From Gemmatimonadales bacterium (GTDB lineage: Bacteria; Gemmatimonadota; Gemmatimonadetes; Gemmatimonadales; GWC2-71-9), in contig DATIXG010000139.1 of assembly GCA_035518815.1 (NCBI GenBank), positions 1,206-65,205 on the forward strand: a stretch of DNA of 64,000 bases. Direction: 5' to 3'. The first letter of the stretch is position 1. Each line of letters starts with the position of its first letter. Shown here in pieces: positions 11,201-19,478 of the stretch. The position numbers and the translations under genes are program-made. Below the pieces are notes generated by a model that was not told the origin of the DNA, did not search any database, and saw only the letters and a list, made by a program, of their open reading frames with translations.

Positions 11201-12748
11201 GTGGAATCGTTCGAGCGTCTCATCGCGCAGGTGACCGGGTGGTTCCAGTGGCTCGTCGGGGCGTCAGAAGGCCGCGCCGGCTACGACGTCACCCGCTGGG
11301 TGTTTCTGCGGGCGCTGGGCATCATCTATCTGATCGCGTTCCTGTCGCTGTGGGTGCAGATCCGCGGCCTCATCGGAAGCCAGGGCATCCTTCCGGCAGC
11401 CGAGTACCTGGACGAGCTGAAAGGGTATCTGGGGCCTGAGCGGTACCGCCTCGTACCGACGGTGTTCTGGTGGGGCGCGAGCGATGCGGCGCTTCAGGCC
11501 GTCTGCCTGCTGGGAGCAGCGTGCGCGCTGCTCGTGATCGCCAACCTGATGCCGGTCCCTGCCCTGGCCCTGCTGTGGGTTCTCTACCTGTCGGTCTCGT
11601 CTGTGGGGCGCGATTTCCTGGCGTTCCAGTGGGACGTGCTGCTGCTCGAGACGGGGTTCCTCGCGATCTTCCTCGCGCCGGGCGGCCTGGCGCCTGGCCG
11701 GATGGCTGGCGCCGGTGGCAGCGGCCCGTCCGCAATCGTGCTGTGGCTCGTGTGGTGGCTCCTGTTTCGCCTGACATTTCAGTCAGGGCTCGTGAAGCTC
11801 ACCTGGGGCGACCCGCCGTGGCGTGATCTGACAGCGCTCGACTACCACTTCTACACGCAGCCGCTCCCGACCTGGACCGCCTGGTTCGCGCAGCAGGCCC
11901 CGCCGCTGCTCAAGAAGCTGGTGGTGGTGGTGATGTACGTGCTGGAAATCGGCGCGCCGCTGCTGATCTTCGGGACGCGCGAGATGCGCCTCGTGGCGTG
12001 CGCCGCGACGGTGTGTCTCCAGCTGGGCATCATGGTCACCGGCAACTACAACTTCTTCAATCTGCTGACGATCGCGCTCGCGCTCACGCTGGTGGACGAC
12101 GCGAGTTGGACACGCGTGCTGCCGAGCCGGCTCGTGGCGGGCTTCACGGCAGGGGGAGGATCGGGGGGGACGCTCATGGGAGCGGGCCGCGTCGCCCTCG
12201 CCGCGCTCGTGCTCGTGGTTTCAGCCATCAAGTTCTGGGACAACCTGTCGCCGCGAACGTCCGTGTCAGGCGCTGCCGCCGGGTTCGCGCGCTGGGTGGA
12301 TCCGTTCCGGAGCATCAACAGTTACGGGCTGTTCCGCGTGATGACGACGGTGCGGCACGAGATCGTGCTCGAGGGAAGCAACGACGGCGCAACGTGGCGC
12401 GCGTATGAGTTCAAGTACAAGCCCGGGGATCCGGCGCGCCGGCCCGGCTTCGTGGAGCCGCATCAACCGCGGCTCGACTGGCAGATGTGGTTCGCGGCGC
12501 TCGAGCGCATCGAAACGACGCCGTGGTTCGAGCCGCTGGCCGCTCGCTTGCTCGAAGGCTCGCCCGCCGTGCTCGACCTGTTTGCGACCAATCCCTTCCC
12601 CGACGCACCGCCCCGGCTGCTCCGGGCGGCGCTGTACGACTATCGCTTTACGACGCCGGCCGAACGGCGCGCCAGCGGCGCGTGGTGGGAGCGGCGCCTG
12701 CTCGGCGCGTACGCCCCGGTGATGTCGTTGCAGCCGGTGCCGCGCTAG
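11201..12748 (+). CDS. Lipase maturation factor (LMF1/DUF1222) family polytopic membrane protein
   Basis: 515 aa with a GTG start. The N-terminal half is multi-TM. Characteristic LMF motifs are INSYGLFRVMTT, HQPRLDWQMWFAAL and ALYDYRFT. Confidence 0.75.
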   Translation: MESFERLIAQVTGWFQWLVGASEGRAGYDVTRWVFLRALGIIYLIAFLSLWVQIRGLIGSQGILPAAEYLDELKGYLGPERYRLVPTVFWWGASDAALQAVCLLGAACALLVIANLMPVPALALLWVLYLSVSSVGRDFLAFQWDVLLLETGFLAIFLAPGGLAPGRMAGAGGSGPSAIVLWLVWWLLFRLTFQSGLVKLTWGDPPWRDLTALDYHFYTQPLPTWTAWFAQQAPPLLKKLVVVVMYVLEIGAPLLIFGTREMRLVACAATVCLQLGIMVTGNYNFFNLLTIALALTLVDDASWTRVLPSRLVAGFTAGGGSGGTLMGAGRVALAALVLVVSAIKFWDNLSPRTSVSGAAAGFARWVDPFRSINSYGLFRVMTTVRHEIVLEGSNDGATWRAYEFKYKPGDPARRPGFVEPHQPRLDWQMWFAALERIETTPWFEPLAARLLEGSPAVLDLFATNPFPDAPPRLLRAALYDYRFTTPAERRASGAWWERRLLGAYAPVMSLQPVPR

Positions 12749-14991
12749 AGCTTCATCCGCCTGACGAACTGCGCGAAGCGCGGATCTTCCCGCAGCGGAT
12801 CGAGCATCGGCTCGACCTTCAGATACGCGAGCCAGCCACGGCGCTCGGCGTAGCAGCGCTCGAGCCAGGCAAATGCCTGCTCGTGATCGCCGAGCCCCAG
12901 GTGGATGAAGTGGAACGCGACCGGAGAGACATATGCGGTCGTGGCGAGGTTCTCGAGGTCCTGGAGGATCGCGAGGGCTTCCTCGCGACGGCCCAGGCGG
13001 CCGAGGAGGTAGCCCATGCTGGCTGCCGCATAGGCGGACTCCTCGGGGATCGACATCGCTTCCCGGAGGGCGCGCTCAGCCTCCTCGTAGGCACCGATCT
13101 GCGTGAGCGCCATTCCCAGCAGCCTGTAGTTTTCCTGCGCGGTGGGATTCATCGCGATCGCACGCCGCAGGTGTTCAAGTGCAGTCTCGAAGCGGCGGGC
13201 ATAGTAGTAGAGCCAGCCGAGCGAGCGCCGGATCGAGACAGAGCCGGGATCGAGCTCGAGCGCGGTGTGTCCCTCGATGAGTGCCTGCTCGATCCGGTCG
13301 AGGGAGGCGAGTGTAAAGCTGTACCACTGATGTCCCGTCGCGTACGCGGGATTCAGCTCCACCGCGCGGCGGAATGCGGCAGCACCCGCTTCCCAATCCC
13401 AGTCGTAGATGAACAGCACCCAGCCGAGCGAAGTGTGCGCTTCGGCGAGTGTATTGTCGAGCGCGAGGGCCTTCTGGGCGTATTCGCGCGCCCGCGATAA
13501 CCCTTCGGCCACTGGCACGCGCCGGTAGTCCACCTGCAGCGCGTAGGCGTCCGACAGCCCGGAATACGCGAGCGCGTAATTGGGGTCGGCGGCGATGGCC
13601 TGCTCGAAATACTGAATCGATTCCGCCACGCCCTCGGCGGAGCGCTTGTTCCAGCAGAATCGCCCCCGCAGATAGAGGCCGTAGGCGACGACGTTGTCGG
13701 TGTAGCGGCGGGGCGTGGGATCGGCCACGGCGGCGAGAAACGTCGTCCGCAGCGTACTCACGATCGTCATAGAGATCTCATCCTGAATCGCAAAGACGTC
13801 GTCGAGCTTCCGGTCGTAGCGCTCAGACCAGAGATGACGGCCGTCATCGGCCGCGGTGAGTCGCGCGGTGATGCGCAGCCGGTCAGCCGCCTTGCGCACC
13901 GTGCCTTCGAGGACGGCGGAGACTCCCAGCAGCGCCCCGATCGCGCGGACATCCTGCGGCTTGTTCTTGAGGGCGAACACCGACGTCCGCGATGCGACCC
14001 GCAGGCCCGTCACCTTGGTGAGCGCGTTGATCAGCTCATCGGTCACGCCGTCCGAGAAGTAGTCCGTCTCCGGGTCGGGGCTCGTATTGACGAACGGCAG
14101 CACCGCGATGGAGCGGGTAGCGAACCCGGACGGCGAGGGCTCAGGCGCCTCCGTCGCCTCGAGCGCGGCGAGGAACGCGGCGACCGTCGCGAAGCGGTCG
14201 GCCGGATTCTTGGCGAGCGCCCGGTTGATGGCGCGCTCGACCGCTACCGGCGTCTCCGGCCGGAGCGCGCGCACCGGGCGAGGCAGCTCGGTGAGATGGC
14301 GCGCGAGGATGGCGCGGGCGTTCGGACCGGCGAACGGCGGCTCGCCGGCGAGCGTCTCGAACAGCACGCACGCCAGACTGTAGAGGTCGCTCCTCGCATC
14401 GAGCTCGCGCTCGGCGCTCGCCTGCTCCGGGCTCATGTACGCGGGTGTGCCGATCGCGAGCCCCGCCTCCGTCACCGCATCCGTTCCCGCCGCCGTGATC
14501 GCGCGCGCGATGCCGAAATCCGCCACCATGGCGTGCCCGTCCGCCAGCAGGATGTTCTCGGGCTTGATGTCGCGATGCACGAACCCCTGGCGGTGCGCGT
14601 AGTCGAGGGCCGCGCCCGCGTCGCGCGCGGCGCGCAAGGCGTCACGAATCGACAGGCGGCGCTCGCGCTGCAGCCGGTGACGCAACGACTCCCCGGGCAC
14701 ATACGGCATGACGTAGTACAGCGACCCGCCGGCCTCGCCGGAATCGATGAGGGCGACGATGTGGGGATGCGTGAGCAACGCCGCGATGCCGATCTCGCGC
14801 AGAAACCGCTCGGCGCCGAGCTGCACCGCCAGCTCGGGACGCAGGGCCTTGATGGCGACATGGCGGTGGTGCTTGGTGTCTTCGGCGAGGTAGACCGTGG
14901 CGGTCGCGCCACGCCCCAGCTCGCGCTCGATGTGATAGCGCGGCTCGAGCGCGGTGGCGAGCGGAGCAAGCAGGTCGGGCGCGTGGGCCAT
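12745..14991 (-). CDS. Ser/Thr protein kinase with a TolB-N-like module and C-terminal TPR repeats
   Basis: Hanks kinase motifs GRGATATVYLA..VAIK, HRDIKPENILL, DFGIA and YMSPEQ. The middle segment is SIAVLPFVNTS...DYFSDGVTDELI. The C-terminal half is TPR-like. ATG 14991 is preferred over the TTG at 15009. Confidence 0.9.
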   Translation of the reverse strand: MAHAPDLLAPLATALEPRYHIERELGRGATATVYLAEDTKHHRHVAIKALRPELAVQLGAERFLREIGIAALLTHPHIVALIDSGEAGGSLYYVMPYVPGESLRHRLQRERRLSIRDALRAARDAGAALDYAHRQGFVHRDIKPENILLADGHAMVADFGIARAITAAGTDAVTEAGLAIGTPAYMSPEQASAERELDARSDLYSLACVLFETLAGEPPFAGPNARAILARHLTELPRPVRALRPETPVAVERAINRALAKNPADRFATVAAFLAALEATEAPEPSPSGFATRSIAVLPFVNTSPDPETDYFSDGVTDELINALTKVTGLRVASRTSVFALKNKPQDVRAIGALLGVSAVLEGTVRKAADRLRITARLTAADDGRHLWSERYDRKLDDVFAIQDEISMTIVSTLRTTFLAAVADPTPRRYTDNVVAYGLYLRGRFCWNKRSAEGVAESIQYFEQAIAADPNYALAYSGLSDAYALQVDYRRVPVAEGLSRAREYAQKALALDNTLAEAHTSLGWVLFIYDWDWEAGAAAFRRAVELNPAYATGHQWYSFTLASLDRIEQALIEGHTALELDPGSVSIRRSLGWLYYYARRFETALEHLRRAIAMNPTAQENYRLLGMALTQIGAYEEAERALREAMSIPEESAYAAASMGYLLGRLGRREEALAILQDLENLATTAYVSPVAFHFIHLGLGDHEQAFAWLERCYAERRGWLAYLKVEPMLDPLREDPRFAQFVRRMKL

Positions 14992-15018
14992 TTCGGCGGA
15001 TAATAGCAAGAGCGCCCG

Positions 15019-15057
15019 GGCGCGCGGGAGATGCGCGCCACCGACGATTCGTCGGTG
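15019..15057 (-). terminator. Two adjacent GC-rich hairpins immediately after the xerD stop (possible terminator or attenuator, no U-tract)
   Basis: GGCGCGC-gggagat-GCGCGCC (15019-15039) and CACCGACG-att-CGTCGGTG (15039-15057). They lie between the xerD stop (15058) and the kinase start. Confidence 0.3.
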
Positions 15058-15990
15058 TCAGGCGCGCGGATGATACTGCCGGTGCACGGTGCGCAGGTAG
15101 TCTCGATCCACGTGCGTGTACAGCTGGGTGGTCGAGAGGTCCGCGTGGCCCAGCATCTCCTGCACCGCCCGGAGATCGGCCCCGCCCTCGAGGAGGTGGG
15201 TGGCGAAGGTGTGGCGGAGGGTGTGGGGGGTGACCCGCTTGCCCAGGCCGGCGCTGCGCGCGGCGCGCTTGATCACTCCCCAGGCCCCTACGCGGGAGAG
15301 CGGCGTGCCCCGCGCGTTCAGGAACACGAGTCCACGGCCGTGGCCCCGATCGAGGCCTGGCCGGATCTCGCGTACGTACAGCGCCACGGCCCCGAGGGCG
15401 CGCCGCCCGACGGGGACCACGCGCTGCTTCGCACCCTTGCCGAACACCCGCGCCAGCCCTTCGTCGTACAGCACATCGAGCAGCCGCAGGCCCACCAGCT
15501 CCGATACCCGGCCGCCCGTGGCGTACGCGAACTCGAGCAGGGCGCGGTCGCGCAACCCAAGCCGCTCATCCGGATTCGGCGCGGTGAGGAGCCGCTCCAC
15601 TTCGGCGACGGTGAGCACTGTCGGCAGGGCGCGCCAGAGCTTGGGGGATTCGAGCCGCTCGGTCGGATCGCGGGTGGCGAGGGCCTCGCCCACGAGGAAG
15701 CGGTAGTAGGTCCTGAGACCGGAGATCTGGCGGCGAATGGTCGCGGCGGCGAGCCCGACGTCCTTCAGGGCGTAGACGAATTCGCGGAGCTGGGCGGCGG
15801 TGAGGGCGTCGGGACTCCGCGCGCCACACGCCGCGGCATGGGCGGCGAGGCGTCGGAGATCCCGGAGGTACGCGTCCACGGTGTGCCGGCTGTGCCCGGC
15901 TTCCAACGCGAGGTAGTCGCGGAAGCGCTCGAGATAAAAGGCGCGATCGAGATCGCCGGTCTTCTCAGGGCGACGGGGCTTGGTTGTCAC
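15058..15990 (-). CDS. xerD: Tyrosine recombinase XerD/XerC family
   Basis: 310 aa with a GTG start. N-terminal SAM-like domain (AYLRDLRRL, TIRRQISGLRTYYRFL). Catalytic residues sit in ATGGRVSEL, HTLRHTFATHLL and LGHADLSTTQLYTHV. Confidence 0.85.
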   Translation of the reverse strand: MTTKPRRPEKTGDLDRAFYLERFRDYLALEAGHSRHTVDAYLRDLRRLAAHAAACGARSPDALTAAQLREFVYALKDVGLAAATIRRQISGLRTYYRFLVGEALATRDPTERLESPKLWRALPTVLTVAEVERLLTAPNPDERLGLRDRALLEFAYATGGRVSELVGLRLLDVLYDEGLARVFGKGAKQRVVPVGRRALGAVALYVREIRPGLDRGHGRGLVFLNARGTPLSRVGAWGVIKRAARSAGLGKRVTPHTLRHTFATHLLEGGADLRAVQEMLGHADLSTTQLYTHVDRDYLRTVHRQYHPRA

Positions 15991-15995
15991 GAGTT

Positions 15996-16076
15996 CGCGC
16001 CCTGAGAGGGCGCGCTCGGCCGGGGGTGCGCCCTAACAGGGCGCACTCCGAGCCGAGCCCGGGCTCTCAGCCCGAG
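15996..16076. repeat. 81-bp REP-like composite repeat, left flank of the RAYT gene
   Basis: cgcgccctgagagggcgcgctcggccgggggtgcgccctaacagggcgcactccgagccgagcccgggctctcagcccgag. Contains palindromes GCGCCCT-n-AGGGCGC (two copies) and GAGCCCGGGCTC. It is 74/81 identical, ungapped and in the same orientation as 16541-16621. Confidence 0.85.
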
Positions 16077-16474
16077 TTCTCCGCGATCGCATCCTCCAGA
16101 GCGATCTCTGGATGCCGCTCGGACTGGGTGCGCACGTACCGGATGGCGGCGCGGAGATCCCGGACGCCGAGCGAACGCAGGTCGTACCCGGTCGCCCAGC
16201 GGAGTTTCGCGCGGGGCATGATCCCATCGCGATTCGCAATCCGCGCACTCGCGCCCTTCAGGCCCTGCACCAGGAGCGGCACGTCGAAGCGGGATGGAAG
16301 CTCGAGAATCAGGTGGACGTGGTTCCGGACGATGCCAATCTCGATCACTCTCGTGCTGCGCCGAGCGGCGATCACCGGAAGGGCCCGTCGCAAGAATGCT
16401 GCGCAAGCCGGATGGATCAGGGGGAGACGTCGGATGGTGGTCCACGTCAGGAGTGCGTAGAGTCGCACCGGCAT
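16067..16474 (-). CDS. REP-associated tyrosine transposase (RAYT; IS200/IS605 TnpA-like Y1 HUH enzyme)
   Basis: 135 aa from MPVRLYALLTWTT. HUH motif in RNHVHLILE. The C-terminal Tyr lies in DLRAAIRYVRTQSERHP. Flanked by 81-bp palindrome-rich repeats, and the stop codon lies inside the left repeat. Confidence 0.8.
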   Translation of the reverse strand: MPVRLYALLTWTTIRRLPLIHPACAAFLRRALPVIAARRSTRVIEIGIVRNHVHLILELPSRFDVPLLVQGLKGASARIANRDGIMPRAKLRWATGYDLRSLGVRDLRAAIRYVRTQSERHPEIALEDAIAENSG

Positions 16475-16540
16475 TGATGGAGTTTCCTGCGCGGGTGCGC
16501 GTCGGGGGGTACCCCACCACCGCGCCGGGCATCCCAATCA

Positions 16541-16621
16541 CGCGCCCTGAGCGGGCGCGCTCGGCGGGTGGTGCGCCCTTACAGGGCGCACGCTGAGCCG
16601 AGCCCGGGCTCTCAGCCCGGG
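16541..16621. repeat. 81-bp REP-like composite repeat, right flank of the RAYT gene
   Basis: cgcgccctgagcgggcgcgctcggcgggtggtgcgcccttacagggcgcacgctgagccgagcccgggctctcagcccggg. Same three palindromes as the left copy. Ends right at the stop of the downstream methyltransferase gene. Confidence 0.85.
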
Positions 16622-17098
16622 TCAAACCCATCGCCGCACCCGCGCTCGGTACGCCCGATACCCGTCGCCGAACTTGAGCTCCATATATCGCTCCTCCCGC
16701 TCGACCACGCCGCGCTGGATGACGAACAGCACCGCCGGGAGGCCGAGGAGCGGCCAGAGCGTGTTCACCGCGAGCGTGAGGCCGAGGTAGAACAGGGTAA
16801 GCGAGACGTAGAGGGGATTCCGCGAGAACCGGAACGGACCATCGACCACGAGCGCCGTCGCCGGGTGCATGGGATTCGGGTCGGTCCCGGCGCGAGCCAT
16901 CGTGAGGCGGCCCCACACGGCGAGCCCCACGGCGAGCCCGAGGAGCACGGCACCGGCGAGGTGCGCCGCGGCGCTCGGAAGGAGGTGCACCGGGAACAGC
17001 AGGTGCAGCCCCAAGCCCACGAGCCAAGGCAGGCCGTAGATCAACGGCGGGAGGGCGACGACGCCCGGGCTATCGGACTCAGGGATGGGGGTGCTCAA
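16622..17098 (-). CDS. Isoprenylcysteine carboxyl methyltransferase (ICMT/PEMT-like) family membrane protein
   Basis: 158 aa and polytopic. C-terminal motif is GPFRFSRNPLYVSLTLFYLG...EERYMELKFGDGYRAYRARVRRW. A TTG start overlaps the DinB-family stop (TTGA). Confidence 0.7.
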   Translation of the reverse strand: MSTPIPESDSPGVVALPPLIYGLPWLVGLGLHLLFPVHLLPSAAAHLAGAVLLGLAVGLAVWGRLTMARAGTDPNPMHPATALVVDGPFRFSRNPLYVSLTLFYLGLTLAVNTLWPLLGLPAVLFVIQRGVVEREERYMELKFGDGYRAYRARVRRWV

Positions 17099-17586
17099 TC
17101 GGATAGGGCCATCAGATGGCGAACCTGGCCCAGGTGGTGGTCGAGGTGCTCGACGTAGTCGTCAATCAAGTACGCGAGCGTCGCAGGTTGGTCGCGCGGC
17201 ACGGGACGCCACGCGATCTGGTCGAGGGTGTGGTTGGCACGGGGGCGGGTTAGGACCGCTCCTGGGATCGCGCGCACGACGTGGATGAGGTGCTCGTTGT
17301 AGTCCGACCAAAGGGTGGCCAGCGCCGGCCAGGCGCTGTCTTGATAGCGCTGCCGGCTGACCCACTCATCCTGCGCGTACCCCGGAAACGTGAGTCCCTC
17401 TTCGAGCTGTGCCAGCACAAAGCGGCGATGATTGTTCGTCGCCGAGTCGATCAGGTGGCCGATAATCTCCTTGACCGACCATTTGCCCGGGGCTGGGCGG
17501 ACGCGAACCTTGGAGTCGGGGAGTCTGCGGAGGCCCGCGTGTGCGTCAGCGACGCTTCTGGACCAGCGGTCGAGCAGGGCTTCCAT
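17095..17586 (-). CDS. DinB-family metal-dependent protein
   Basis: 163 aa. His triad pattern typical of the DinB fold: WSVKEIIGHLIDS...NNHRRF...DDYVEHLDHHLGQV. Confidence 0.8.
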   Translation of the reverse strand: MEALLDRWSRSVADAHAGLRRLPDSKVRVRPAPGKWSVKEIIGHLIDSATNNHRRFVLAQLEEGLTFPGYAQDEWVSRQRYQDSAWPALATLWSDYNEHLIHVVRAIPGAVLTRPRANHTLDQIAWRPVPRDQPATLAYLIDDYVEHLDHHLGQVRHLMALSD

Positions 17587-17601
17587 GGGACGAAACCCGC
17601 C

Positions 17602-18132
17602 CTAAAGCGCTGGGTGTGTGTACCGGACGCGAAACTGGCCGGTCAACATCCGGTGGGCGCTCGTATCGGGCATCGGCGCGGCCTCGAAGGCAAAGGTGCC
17701 GACAAGGACGCTATCGGTCGTACTGACGGCGTCGACGGTCACCATCCCTGGGCGCGCATCTACACTGAAATAGGAAATTTGCGCGGACGTCGTGTCGATA
17801 TCAAAGAATCCAACGTGCTGGCTGAAAATGCCGCCGAGCGCGAAATGGCCTTCCGCTGGGAAGGTGGCAAGCCCGAGTGTGATCCTCTGCAGCTCATGGG
17901 ACGAAACTCGGCGGGTTGCAGAGATGAGGGTAGCAACGCCCCCCGCCGTGGGGGTGAGAACAACGGCTCCGACGGTGTCGGCAGGCCACGGCGCCCCATC
18001 GAGCGTGGCTTGGAAATACGGTGGGCCGTCGAGGGTCGTCCCGCCTTTGACCGCGGTGGGACCGTCGGACTGAGCGCAGCTCGTCAGCCCGAGCAGGATT
18101 CCAGCCAGCGCCAAGAACCGCAGGTGTGGCAT
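17602..18132 (-). CDS. Hypothetical lipoprotein, paralogue A
   Basis: 176 aa. Signal plus lipobox MPHLRFLALAGILLGLTSC. Shares the FxATLDGAxW ... GTFAFEAA ... RYT pattern with 18453-18950 (about 45% identity by eye). Confidence 0.65.
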   Translation of the reverse strand: MPHLRFLALAGILLGLTSCAQSDGPTAVKGGTTLDGPPYFQATLDGAPWPADTVGAVVLTPTAGGVATLISATRRVSSHELQRITLGLATFPAEGHFALGGIFSQHVGFFDIDTTSAQISYFSVDARPGMVTVDAVSTTDSVLVGTFAFEAAPMPDTSAHRMLTGQFRVRYTHPAL

Positions 18133-18179
18133 GAGGGCGCGCCTCCCATGCGAATCCTAGCGGCGATCGGCAGCGGTCG

Positions 18180-18320
18180 CTAGGCGAGCCGCTCCAGCGC
18201 GGAGCGATCGAGCTCGACGATCTCCGGCGGATTGCGTTGCCCGGACATAGATCAGCCCGGGCCATTGCTGGCGCTCGCGAGGAGGACCACCGGGAGAGTG
18301 AGAAGCTGGAGACGCCGCAT
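18180..18320 (-). pseudogene. Chimeric remnant: 5' end of a third lipoprotein paralogue fused to the frameshifted 3' end of a PNPOx-family paralogue
   Basis: ATG 18320 encodes MRRLQLLTLPVVLLASA, and its upstream leader resembles that of the 18950 gene. It runs directly into RERQQWPGLIYVRAT, identical to the intact PNPOx gene at 19006-19461. An internal deletion of about 32 nt shifts the frame, after which EIVELDRSALERLA-stop matches DIIELDRAALERLT-stop. Confidence 0.55.
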
Positions 18321-18452
18321 ATTGCACCTCCAGCCAAACCCTACCGGAGCGCTGAGGCGTGCGCAACCCGACCGGGGCACTGCTGTCGCTCGCGCGCGGT
18401 CTCGCTCAACGATAGTGAGCGAACCCGGACGCACAACCCTGCCTGAACGACG

Positions 18453-18950
18453 TTAGAATGCCGTGTATCGCACGAGAAACGCGCCGCTCAACACGTGGTG
18501 CGCGCCCGTGTCTGGGATCTGGGCTGCCTCAAAGGCAAAGGTTCCGGCAATCAGGCTGTCGCTCCTATTCACGCCGTCGACCGATGCAACACCGGGGTTC
18601 GCATCACTGCTGAGATAGGGGAGCGGTAGAGACGGCGCGCCGATTGTCTGCTTGGAGAAGAACCCCGTCGCCGGACTAAAGAGGCCACGGAGAGCGAACT
18701 TCCCTACTGACGGAGGCCCTGCGATCTGTATCCAAATGTCCTCAGTCTCCTGGGGAGAGACGTAGCGTCTCCCAGAGATGACCGTTGAGGAGCCCAGCAT
18801 GAAGCCGTCCGAGAAATCTGCGACCCACGTTGCCCCGTCCAGAGTGGCCGTGAAGAAGGGGTGCCCGCTTGCGGACGGGCCCTCCGGTTGACCGCACTCG
18901 GTCAGGACCAGCAGAGCGCCGGTGAGCGCCAGGAACCGCACGTGTCGCAT
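18453..18950 (-). CDS. Hypothetical lipoprotein, paralogue B
   Basis: 165 aa. Signal plus lipobox MRHVRFLALTGALLVLTEC. Paralogous to 17602-18132. Confidence 0.65.
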   Translation of the reverse strand: MRHVRFLALTGALLVLTECGQPEGPSASGHPFFTATLDGATWVADFSDGFMLGSSTVISGRRYVSPQETEDIWIQIAGPPSVGKFALRGLFSPATGFFSKQTIGAPSLPLPYLSSDANPGVASVDGVNRSDSLIAGTFAFEAAQIPDTGAHHVLSGAFLVRYTAF

Positions 18951-19005
18951 CTGGTGCCTCCACGTGAATGCTACCGGCCGGCGTGGAGGTCCGCAACCGC
19001 ACAGC

Positions 19006-19461
19006 CTAGGTCAACCGCTCGAGCGCAGCCCGATCGAGCTCGATGATATCGGGCTCACTCTTCCCGTAGTCCGAGTACCTGAGCCAGGTGGGGGTCGCCC
19101 GCACGTAGATCAGCCCGGGCCACTGCTGCCGCTCGCGACCGTCCGGGAATGCAGCGAGGTACAGGTCCGTCAGGCGGACCAGGTCGGCCCCGCGTGGCTC
19201 GTCCGCGACCCCCTCGTACTGCACCGTACGTTCGTCGTCTCCGGCCAGACTGCCGATGACGAGCGCGATGCGAGGCTCGCGGCGCAGGCTCTGCGCCTTG
19301 CGCGTGCTGGCCAGCGTATCGAACACGATCTCGAACGTATCGGACACAGCGATGCCCACCACGGCGCCCTGCGGGCCCCCGGCGGGGTTCACGGACGCGG
19401 CAACGGCGAAGCGGTGGCTGCGCATGAACTCGAGGAGTGCGGCGCGGGTGATTGCGGCCAT
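19006..19461 (-). CDS. Pyridoxamine 5'-phosphate oxidase (PNPOx-like, FMN-binding split barrel) family protein
   Basis: 151 aa from MAAITRAALLEFMRSHRFAVAASV, preceded by AAGGA. Contains the pattern PRIALVIG...RTVQYEGVA. The longer 298-aa ORF has no support upstream. Confidence 0.65.
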   Translation of the reverse strand: MAAITRAALLEFMRSHRFAVAASVNPAGGPQGAVVGIAVSDTFEIVFDTLASTRKAQSLRREPRIALVIGSLAGDDERTVQYEGVADEPRGADLVRLTDLYLAAFPDGRERQQWPGLIYVRATPTWLRYSDYGKSEPDIIELDRAALERLT

Positions 19462-19478
19462 GCGGCCATCCTTTGTCG

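Larger units (their letters stand above)
15996..16621 (-). mobile_element. REP-RAYT-REP unit (domesticated IS200-like element with flanking REP doublets)
   Basis: A RAYT CDS bracketed by two 91%-identical 81-bp repeats. It is wedged exactly between the xerD start and the methyltransferase stop. Confidence 0.7.

Noticed and set aside
15058-15990. Tyrosine recombinase as the integrase of an integrated island or prophage
   Set aside because: The sequence looks like housekeeping XerC/XerD (LGHADLSTTQLYTHV and an N-terminal SAM-like domain). No adjacent tRNA, att-like direct repeats or phage genes were seen. The only nearby repeats belong to the RAYT.
15996-16621. CRISPR array
   Set aside because: There are only two repeat copies. 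They are 81 bp long and flank a transposase-like gene rather than short spacers. No cas genes were seen in the window.
17235-17251. Sigma-54 promoter-like TGGCAC
   Set aside because: The -12 element is missing: the sequence reads TGGCAC-GGGGG-CGGGT instead of TGGCAC-N5-TTGC. It also lies inside the DinB-family coding region.
18157-18446. Small ORFs in the lipoprotein spacer (18157-18366, 18232-18456, 18237-18446, 18252-18434) as real genes
   Set aside because: They are better explained as frames crossing the chimeric pseudogene remnant. None has an intact paralogue-length product.
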